DNA from: a virus
Taxonomy: Duplodnaviria > Caudoviricetes
Length of the DNA stretch: 64,000 nucleotides
IMG/VR virus record: IMGVR_UViG_3300032007_000067
Coordinates: 13,218-77,217 of that record
Reading direction: 5' to 3' (one strand)
The stretch's first letter is position 1, and every line of letters starts with the position of its first letter. A model generated the notes under the pieces. That model saw only the letters and a program-made list of their open reading frames with translations, was not told the DNA's origin and ran no database searches. This document shows, piece by piece, positions 11,017 to 17,233 of this stretch. The position numbers and the translations under genes were made by a program.

Positions 11017-11279
11017 GAACTTTAAAGACTGCCCATGTAAAACCTGTCTAAACAGGGGATCTCTTTTGAAATAAAGACAATCCTGTGCTAAATGACGAAA
11101 GTCTAAAAGCTAAACGACTAACCCTGATGAATGTAAGGGTGTAAGGTACAAGCAAATGGTATCTGAAATGATAGGCACTTATCATAAGATAAGCGAAGAT
11201 ATAGTCTGATCTGTATGGTGACATACAGCAGTTCATAAGAGAACGGGCGTGAACTTGCGATCCATGCCGAACACAAATG
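11017..11279 (+). mobile_element. group I self-splicing intron (263 nt, no homing endonuclease) in nrdD
   Basis: Removal restores PMG|CRSFL; exon ends in U, intron ends in G; IGS GCCCAT (11031-11036) pairs with exon ATGGGT giving the U.G splice pair; P4 CAGGGGA/TCCTG; P7 GACTA/TAGTC with AAGATATAGTC. Confidence 0.93.
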
Positions 11280-12263
11280 TGCAGAAGTTTCTTATCTGAA
11301 TGGACTAACGAAAAGGGAGAAAAACAGTATTCAGGACGTTGGAATTTAGGTGTGACAAGTGTTAATTTGCCCCGAATTGCCCTGAGACTCACCTCGGACA
11401 AAACAGAAGAAAGAATTGCCGAATACTTTCTTGAACTTGACAAGGTGAGTGAACTTGCTCACAAGGCTTTACAAATGCGGATTAAAAGGCTTTCCACTGT
11501 ACGGGCAAAACAGGCTCCTATCTGCTGGCAGTATGGGGCATTGACCAGACTGAAACCGGATGATTATATTCTGCCGTCATGTCAGAACGGACGGGCAAGT
11601 ATTTCCCTCGGCTATGTAGGCGTGAATGAAGCTGTGCATCAGATTTTTCTTTCCGATGATACGTTGCTTGAAAATGCCGAAATGAGAAAGGTAGCCGAGG
11701 ATATTGTGAAATTCCTTTCAGATAAATGCAAGGAATGGAAGGCGGTTGAACATTACGGGTATTCCCTGTATTCCACACCCGCTGAAAGTCTTGCTCATGT
11801 GTTTGAGAACAAGGACAGAAAAGAGTTCGGGGTTGTGAAGAATGTTACCGACAAGGAATATTACACAAACTCATTTCACCTTGACGTGCGGGTGAAAACC
11901 GATCCTTTTACAAAGATCGATTTTGAGTCTCCGTATCCTAAATGGGCATCCGGCGGGCATATTACTTATGTAGAGACCCGCAATTTAGAGGACAATCTGC
12001 CGGCACTGGAAGAACTGTGGGACTATGCTTATGACAAGGTTCCGTATTTTGCTATAAATGCTCCGATTGACTCATGCACCTGTGGTTTTCACGGTGAGAG
12101 TGTGTTTAAGGACGGCAATTTCACCTGTCCGAAGTGCGGTACATCCGATCCGGAAGAACTGCATTGCACACGCCGTATCTGCGGTTATCTTGGAGAAATA
12201 AACAGTCGGGGTGTGAATATCGGCAAGATTGACGAATTTCAGAAGCGGGTAAAGCATTGTTAA
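11280..12263 (+). CDS. nrdD: anaerobic ribonucleoside-triphosphate reductase, exon 2
   Basis: CRSFL, GRWNLGVTSVNLPR, YSTPAESL, YYTNSFH, GGHI, Zn ribbon CTCG..CPKCG, glycyl-radical loop RRICGYL. Confidence 0.95.
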   Translation, partial: CRSFLSEWTNEKGEKQYSGRWNLGVTSVNLPRIALRLTSDKTEERIAEYFLELDKVSELAHKALQMRIKRLSTVRAKQAPICWQYGALTRLKPDDYILPSCQNGRASISLGYVGVNEAVHQIFLSDDTLLENAEMRKVAEDIVKFLSDKCKEWKAVEHYGYSLYSTPAESLAHVFENKDRKEFGVVKNVTDKEYYTNSFHLDVRVKTDPFTKIDFESPYPKWASGGHITYVETRNLEDNLPALEELWDYAYDKVPYFAINAPIDSCTCGFHGESVFKDGNFTCPKCGTSDPEELHCTRRICGYLGEINSRGVNIGKIDEFQKRVKHC

Positions 12264-12300
12264 ACTTTGTTTAATTTTGCTGAACATCATCAAATTGTTA

Positions 12301-12329
12301 TTGACATTCTGAAACAATCGTTTTATCAT
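12301..12329 (+). promoter_or_regulatory. sigma70-type promoter
   Basis: TTGACA-17 bp-TATCAT. Confidence 0.65.
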
Positions 12330-12354
12330 ATTTTTCGCATGAGAATCGAGAGTT

Positions 12355-12382
12355 CCCCGTCAGAAATGGCGGGGTTTTTTAT
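12355..12382 (+). terminator. intrinsic terminator after nrdD
   Basis: CCCCGTCA-GAAA-TGGCGGGG followed by a T run. Confidence 0.8.
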
Positions 12383-12398
12383 ACTTACCGGAACGAAT

Positions 12399-12929
12399 AT
12401 GGCAGAAAAACAGATAAAATCACGCAAAAGAGTTCAGGAACATGCAGAAGTGTTTACAGCCGAGCGAGAAGTCAATGCGATGCTGGATCTCGTAAATAAC
12501 GAATTGTTACGTCCTGAATCCACTTTTCTTGAACCGGCTTGCGGAGAAGGAAATTTCACGGTAAAGATCCTTGAACGCAAACTGACCGCAATTATAAAAA
12601 CCAATCCTGAGAATTACCGTTATTTTGCTCTTATTGCCTTATCCGGAATATACGCCATTGAACTCTTGCCAGACAACGTAAAGATTGCAAGACGGCGTAT
12701 GCTGGAGACGTTTGTCGCTTTTTCCGTGATTGCAGATCCTGACACTCCGGACAGTTATTTCAAAACAGCCGAACATATCATAGAAAAGAATTTTGTAAAC
12801 GGTAACACGCTTACAGGTTTACAACCGGACGGAACGCCGATAAAGTTTACAGAATGGACGATTGACGGGACAAAGATTTACGGAAGGGATTATGAGTACA
12901 ATGCTTTAGTGAACGGAACTTTGTTTTGA
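12399..12929 (+). CDS. truncated adenine-methyltransferase-like protein (SAM-binding half only)
   Basis: RVQEHAEVFT, motif I FLEPACGEGNF, YAIELL, NFVNGNTL; stops before any NPPY/DPPY catalytic motif. Confidence 0.75.
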   Translation: MAEKQIKSRKRVQEHAEVFTAEREVNAMLDLVNNELLRPESTFLEPACGEGNFTVKILERKLTAIIKTNPENYRYFALIALSGIYAIELLPDNVKIARRRMLETFVAFSVIADPDTPDSYFKTAEHIIEKNFVNGNTLTGLQPDGTPIKFTEWTIDGTKIYGRDYEYNALVNGTLF

Positions 12930-12940
12930 TTTTTTTTCAA

Positions 12941-13165
12941 TCACCAAAAGTAATAACCCTGATCAAGGGGTTTTGCTTTTAGCCAAATATTCAGTTCTTT
13001 CATGTCGTATTTCAGTTTTTCATTCATTCTGCGAAGCTGAATAAGTCTGTTATTCAGGCAAGCCTGACAACCTTTATGGTTACGACAATACACGTCAAAG
13101 ACTTTAGATCCCCTATAAGGTTTCCTATGCTCTTTTCCATGTTCTATTGCTTTATCCAACGACAT
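12941..13165 (-). CDS. small basic hypothetical protein
   Basis: 74-aa ORF with GAGGAA SD, C-x4-C-x2-C pattern; last gene of the tRNA transcript. Confidence 0.65.
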   Translation of the reverse strand: MSLDKAIEHGKEHRKPYRGSKVFDVYCRNHKGCQACLNNRLIQLRRMNEKLKYDMKELNIWLKAKPLDQGYYFW

Positions 13166-13184
13166 AAAAATTCCTCAGATAGAT

Positions 13185-13251
13185 CCCGAAATATCGGACT
13201 CGAACCGATAACAATATCCTAGGTTTATTTTGCCTGTTAAACTAATTCCGG
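13185..13251 (-). pseudogene. tRNA-like element with shortened anticodon arm, no CCA
   Basis: 7-bp acceptor CCGGAAT/ATTTCGG, D arm, T arm ATCGG-TTCGAGT-CCGAT; only ~17 nt between D and T arms. Confidence 0.6.
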
Positions 13252-13292
13252 CGATCCATCTTAAATGACTCTTTCTCAAAAGCTATTTAAGA

Positions 13293-13377
13293 TGGTGGAG
13301 AGGGAAGGACTCGAACCTTCAAACCGCAAAGGGGGCAGATTTACAGTCTGCTGTCATTACCATTAGACAACCTCTCC
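13293..13377 (-). tRNA. tRNA-Tyr(GTA)
   Basis: Full cloverleaf, GCAGA-CTGTAAA-TCTGC anticodon arm, long variable arm, TTCGAGT loop, encoded CCA. Confidence 0.95.
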
Positions 13378-13381
13378 AAAA

Positions 13382-13455
13382 TGGCGGGGAATCGGGAATC
13401 GAACCCGTATTCTGACTGATCATTTCAGAACTCTCACCAGAGACTTTTAACCCCA
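13382..13455 (-). pseudogene. degenerate tRNA-like element (possible GAT anticodon)
   Basis: T loop TTCGATT and encoded CCA, but acceptor only 4 good pairs, 4-nt D loop, anticodon hairpin TTCTGA-AATGATCAG-TCAGAA. Confidence 0.5.
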
Positions 13456-13460
13456 TAAAC

Positions 13461-13535
13461 TGGTACACCCGACCGGATTCGAACCGGTATTACCACCGTG
13501 AAAGGGTGATGACCTGACCATTAGTCGACAGGTGC
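13461..13535 (-). tRNA. tRNA-Glu(TTC)
   Basis: Cloverleaf GCACCTG/CGGGTGT, TCACC-CTTTCAC-GGTGG, TTCGAAT, CCA. Confidence 0.95.
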
Positions 13536-13536
13536 A

Positions 13537-13610
13537 TGGTTGCGGGGCAAGGAGTCGAACCTTGAACTGAAGCTTATGAGACTTCAATGATACCCTTTCA
13601 ATACCCCGCG
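13537..13610 (-). tRNA. tRNA-Met(CAT), initiator-like acceptor
   Basis: CGCGGGG/CCCCGCA (C1.A72), GAAGT-CTCATAA-GCTTC, TTCGACT, CCA. Confidence 0.9.
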
Positions 13611-13615
13611 ATTAT

Positions 13616-13692
13616 TGGAGGCTCCCGGCGGATTCTGCCACCGCAGCTCGAGGCACTACAGCCTCGTATCCTTACTTTTGGACGACAGGAGC
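13616..13692 (-). tRNA. non-canonical tRNA (8-nt anticodon loop CTGTAGTG, T loop GGCAGAA)
   Basis: Acceptor GCTCCTG/CGGGAGC, D stem GTCC/GGAT, anticodon stem CGAGG/CCTCG, T stem GCGG/CCGC, 3' CTCCA. Confidence 0.65.
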
Positions 13693-13710
13693 AAAAATGT
13701 TCAGAGGAAA

Positions 13711-13797
13711 TGGCTACCCCGATAGAATCGAACTATCAAACATTGAAGGAAAGCTGACGAACAGTTGTTACCGATCATGTTGCAAACCTGCGGGGTC
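13711..13797 (-). ncRNA. tRNA-like RNA with acceptor/T-arm/CCA but no recognisable anticodon arm
   Basis: 5' GACCCCG pairs with 3' CGGGGTA; GATAG-TTCGATT-CTATC T arm; ends GCCA. Confidence 0.55.
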
Positions 13798-13804
13798 TTA
13801 AAAT

Positions 13805-13895
13805 GCGGAATCTGAAATCAGTTAAGTTATCAAACCGTTTTTGAGATAACGGCAAGGATAACCCGTTTTGAGATACGACTTCATTCAAACTCCGC
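13805..13895 (-). ncRNA. candidate structured ncRNA with two identical AUCUCAAA loops
   Basis: 12-bp closing stem GCGGAGTTTGAA/TTCAGATTCCGC; hairpins CGT-ATCTCAAA-ACG and CCGTT-ATCTCAAA-AACGG; GGTTATC/GATAACT stem. Confidence 0.55.
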
Positions 13896-14057
13896 TGGAC
13901 AGCAAAAAACTGAAACCAAATTAAGCGTCCGACAAGCGGAATCATTGTTACAGCCCGTTAAAAATCTGTCCGATCGGATTGTTTTTGCTAGGACAAACAC
14001 CGATCTTTTATCACGGTTTTTCTGTTTCGATACCTAGTGGAAACACGGATTATCTCA

Positions 14058-14086
14058 ACTTTATCACACTCAGAAACCCGTGTCAA
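14058..14086 (-). promoter_or_regulatory. promoter of the tRNA/ncRNA operon
   Basis: TTGACA-17 bp-TAAAGT with extended -10 TGn. Confidence 0.75.
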
Positions 14087-14105
14087 CAAAACAATGTTTG
14101 TTTTT

Positions 14106-14121
14106 TGTGATACACCTCTCA
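14106..14121. promoter_or_regulatory. CRP-like box
   Basis: TGTGA-TACACC-TCTCA (9/10 consensus), centred about -62 from the predicted tRNA-operon start. Confidence 0.55.
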
Positions 14122-14213
14122 TTTTACAGCCTTACCTACTCAAATTCAATCCGGTTTAATGCGGTTTCAAACGCTCCGATTCCGGAGAACAAACTCAGTA
14201 ACTTTATCATAAA

Positions 14214-14399
14214 TCAAACCTCTTCCGGAACATCAGGCCAGTAAACAACCGTAACAACATAGATCTCTATGCGATCATTCCCTGTAACGGAAACATTAAT
14301 GCTTTTTACTTCAATATCGTTCTCCTCCAAAAACTTATTGACAGACGCCTCGGCTTTTGCGGCAGTAGCCGCCGAAAAGATTTTAATTCTCATATTCAT
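14214..14399 (-). CDS. small hypothetical protein
   Basis: 61-aa ORF with AAGGAG SD; KIKIF..VNKFLEEN..VKSI pattern common in small phage proteins. Confidence 0.65.
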   Translation of the reverse strand: MNMRIKIFSAATAAKAEASVNKFLEENDIEVKSINVSVTGNDRIEIYVVTVVYWPDVPEEV

Positions 14400-14434
14400 C
14401 GCTTATATTCTCCTTTGCGTAATTCATAACAATA

Positions 14435-14656
14435 TCATTTTGTTTCCGGAACATCGGTTTTGAATATTACAACAACATCTTCTTCTCTTTTGCTGAAATA
14501 ATACTCGGAATATGCCAGGTTAAAAACCTTGTCAAACTCCGTTCCAAGCCTGACATAACTGTTATACAAACAATGATCCCGCCCCATTATCATCACATGG
14601 ACAGCATTGTAAATACCCAATAAACGGGATACCTCCCGCCCTATAATTTCATTCAT
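14435..14656 (-). CDS. hypothetical protein
   Basis: 73-aa ORF, AGGGA SD. Confidence 0.55.
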   Translation of the reverse strand: MNEIIGREVSRLLGIYNAVHVMIMGRDHCLYNSYVRLGTEFDKVFNLAYSEYYFSKREEDVVVIFKTDVPETK

Positions 14657-14859
14657 TCATCTTTCCCTAAATAATTGTCCTGCCCGTAATCAGTTCCCAA
14701 TGTCACCCACACCATCACAATGATGGCGGTCAGCCATATTGCAAGCAACACCCCGCCGACAAGCAGAACCATCGTTTCAAGATCCATATTTAATCCCCGA
14801 ATATACTCACATAACTTCTAACGGCAATCACGGTAAACACCGCAACGGCAATCATTATC

Positions 14860-15708
14860 TTACACAGCAATATCATCATACCAGTTTTTCCTTTCATTTC
14901 TGTGAGGATCAAGGTATTTCTCACAATGATAACGCCCTCTGGACACGGGAACTGTTAAAGCGTATTCCACACTCCATCCGGATTGCATCCTCACCCGAAA
15001 CCTTCTGGGTTGGATACCCCATTTTCTGCACATGGCGGCAATGCTTTCAAACACCTCGCCCGTATGATCTCTCACCCGTTTTCCGTAATGAGGCTTATAC
15101 GGCGTTGTCAATGCCTTTTGTACGTCCCCTTCATACCGATCTAACCTTTTCGACAATGTTTTTAACGGCATCCCCCAGTATTCAGCCATTTCAGTCAGGC
15201 TTTCAAACTCATGCCCTTCATGATCCCGACAGGGAATTTTGTTAAGACAGCCGTCAAAGTAAATCAGATCCTCCCGATCTTTAAATCTTTTAGTTCTCAT
15301 GCAAAGTGTACTGTGACTCATTCCCCTTGCGTCAGCCCACTCAGTCCGAGTTACCGGAAACCCGTTTTCAGGATCCGTAAATTTCTGAGCGTATTTTACA
15401 GGTGTTGTCAAAGCCTCCTCAATCGACATGCCACGGGAACGTCTCACCCGATAATTATCAGCCTTTATTCCCCATGCTTTAGCCATGTCCGTCTCACTTT
15501 TAAACTCCCGTCCTGTGTGATCCGTTACACCGTGTTTGTGTGTAGTCAGAATCTTCTCTAACGACCACTTATTCCTTGTCCGGTAATTCCATGCAGAACT
15601 GGAAACGCCCCAGAACTCCCGCATTTCCATGACGCTGTCAAACTTTCTGCCGGTGTGATCCTGACATGCACGGTAATGCCTTTTCAATTCAAACTTATGA
15701 TCACTCAT
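14860..15708 (-). CDS. HTH-repeat protein (5 repeats)
   Basis: Repeats of D-H-x-G-x-x-F-x-S..M...WG........R...GW.....ALT.P; start MSDHKF overlaps the upstream stop. Confidence 0.75.
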   Translation of the reverse strand: MSDHKFELKRHYRACQDHTGRKFDSVMEMREFWGVSSSAWNYRTRNKWSLEKILTTHKHGVTDHTGREFKSETDMAKAWGIKADNYRVRRSRGMSIEEALTTPVKYAQKFTDPENGFPVTRTEWADARGMSHSTLCMRTKRFKDREDLIYFDGCLNKIPCRDHEGHEFESLTEMAEYWGMPLKTLSKRLDRYEGDVQKALTTPYKPHYGKRVRDHTGEVFESIAAMCRKWGIQPRRFRVRMQSGWSVEYALTVPVSRGRYHCEKYLDPHRNERKNWYDDIAV

Positions 15709-15970
15709 AATTCTGAACCTCATCAACCCCGAACCGGTGAAAGTTCCCGCCACACTCAAACTCAAACTCCTCAAAAAGAGTCTGTAAGGATACGCTCATA
15801 TTTCCCAGATGCACAAAAGTCTCCCCGCCATTCCAGGTAACAATGGCGGTGATCATAAACTTTCCGCTCGCAATATAAGCAGAATCACCCGTTTTGCGGG
15901 AACGAATGTTTACAACCTGTCCTACTGAAAAGAAAACCGAAAACTCAAATCTGTTATATGGTCTGTACAT
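15701..15970 (-). CDS. hypothetical protein
   Basis: 89-aa ORF, GGGAG SD. Confidence 0.6.
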   Translation of the reverse strand: MYRPYNRFEFSVFFSVGQVVNIRSRKTGDSAYIASGKFMITAIVTWNGGETFVHLGNMSVSLQTLFEEFEFECGGNFHRFGVDEVQNYE

Positions 15971-16028
15971 AATAAACTCCCTGATAGCTGTTTGATTTAC
16001 TGTTGTCTGATTAACGGTTTGTTACCCG

Positions 16029-16529
16029 TTACTTTCCGACATCTTTCTGACATTTCTTCTTTTTACCGGCAAGTCCGTTGTTTTTCACCGGTGTGGTAAG
16101 TGCCTTTTTTACGCTCCACCCGTTATTGATCCGGTTTACCACCGCCCAATAACTGATATTCCATGCTTTGCACATATCCGTAAGGCTGTCATATTGTTTC
16201 CCTAAATGATCTTTTGAGGATACGTTGTTCAGTTTTCCTTGGTATTTCAGCAAATCTCCTGTGAGATTCTTTTTCAGCCTTGCCTGTAACCGTGATTCGG
16301 GAATTCCTATATATTTCGCCGCATCATAAAGATTGTAAAATTGCTGTCCGTCAATTTCTATAAGCCGTTCACGGTAATGAGTTCTTTTGCCTTTTGGTGT
16401 TGTCAGGGCTTTTTCCTGAGACCAGTGTAATCTCAGTCTCCCGTAATAAATATTCGGATCTATGTTGTGCCATCTGCACATAATCGCCACGCTTGGGAAT
16501 TCTTTTCCATTATGGTCTTTTACTATCAT
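16029..16529 (-). CDS. HTH-repeat protein (3 repeats)
   Basis: KDHNGKEFPS..ALTTP, IDGQQFYN.., KDHLGKQYDS..ALTTP; start reassigned to MIVKDH (GTGGAG SD). Confidence 0.72.
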   Translation of the reverse strand: MIVKDHNGKEFPSVAIMCRWHNIDPNIYYGRLRLHWSQEKALTTPKGKRTHYRERLIEIDGQQFYNLYDAAKYIGIPESRLQARLKKNLTGDLLKYQGKLNNVSSKDHLGKQYDSLTDMCKAWNISYWAVVNRINNGWSVKKALTTPVKNNGLAGKKKKCQKDVGK

Positions 16530-16552
16530 GTATAACTCCACATTCACACTGT

Positions 16553-16816
16553 TTAATTTTTCTTCAAAGCGTCTGCAAGCGTCATTTTCTGATAATTTAT
16601 TCTGCACCACAATGTTGTGTACGGGATATTGTGATGTTCGGCACATTGTTTCAGACTTTGAAAAACCTGCCCGTTCTCGTCCGTGAACTCCCGAATCCGA
16701 TACCTTTTCGGACGGTCGTTATGTTCCTTTGCCTTATATTTTCTTACCACGGGTCCCGGCAATGCCCGCCCTTTTTTATGGTGTTTCTTTACAAAATCAT
16801 GCAGTTTCAGGTTCAT
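16553..16816 (-). CDS. HTH-repeat protein (1 repeat)
   Basis: Basic N-terminus plus FTDENGQVFQSLKQCAEHHNI..LADAL. Confidence 0.68.
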   Translation of the reverse strand: MNLKLHDFVKKHHKKGRALPGPVVRKYKAKEHNDRPKRYRIREFTDENGQVFQSLKQCAEHHNIPYTTLWCRINYQKMTLADALKKN

Positions 16817-16855
16817 AATCGTTGCGTTCCTTCTCTTATTATCTCATTCCCTTAT

Positions 16856-17233
16856 TTACTCACCCGTCAAAGCCTGTTTCAGCGTTTTATTCGCCCACCT
16901 GCGATGCAGAAAAGTATTGTAATTCACTCCCCATGCGTCACACATTGCCTGAATTGTCGGAAAACTCTGTCCGGTGTGATCTTTCACCGCCCGTCCCTTA
17001 CACGGAATTTTCACAGCTTCTTCAAGTGTCATGCCGTTTTCAAGTCTCCCCCGTATCTGATACATCTCGGCGTGAGAGGCGATTATAACTTCTGAAAACT
17101 GCCGGTATTGTTTTCCCTCAAGTTCGTATTCTCCGGCATCGGATCGAAAGTTTTTCACCTTGCGTTTTCTTTTGCCGTGAATTGCCTTCTCCAGCATAAA
17201 CTCCGGCTTTTTGTCGCTGTCATAATCACGCAT
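16856..17233 (-). CDS. HTH-repeat protein (2 repeats)
   Basis: YELEGKQY..GMTLEEAV and KDHTGQSFPTIQAMCDAWGV..ALTG. Confidence 0.7.
   Translation of the reverse strand: MRDYDSDKKPEFMLEKAIHGKRKRKVKNFRSDAGEYELEGKQYRQFSEVIIASHAEMYQIRGRLENGMTLEEAVKIPCKGRAVKDHTGQSFPTIQAMCDAWGVNYNTFLHRRWANKTLKQALTGE

Noticed and set aside
11048-11443. Minus-strand 131-aa ORF across the nrdD intron as a possible homing endonuclease
   Set aside because: Antisense to intron and exon 2, no nuclease motifs; shadow ORF.
13711-13797. tmRNA
   Set aside because: Too short; no tag ORF, pseudoknots or G3.U70 acceptor.
13185-13800. tRNA-associated HDV-like (theta) ribozymes or a suppressor tRNA indicating genetic-code reassignment
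   Set aside because: 3' trailers are only a few nt with no HDV fold, there is no clean CUA/UCA anticodon, and long genes read through in the standard code.
13834-13877. Repeated GTTTT(T)GAGATA as a CRISPR mini-array
   Set aside because: Only two short copies about 28 nt apart, no full-length repeats, spacers or cas genes; better explained as twin hairpins.
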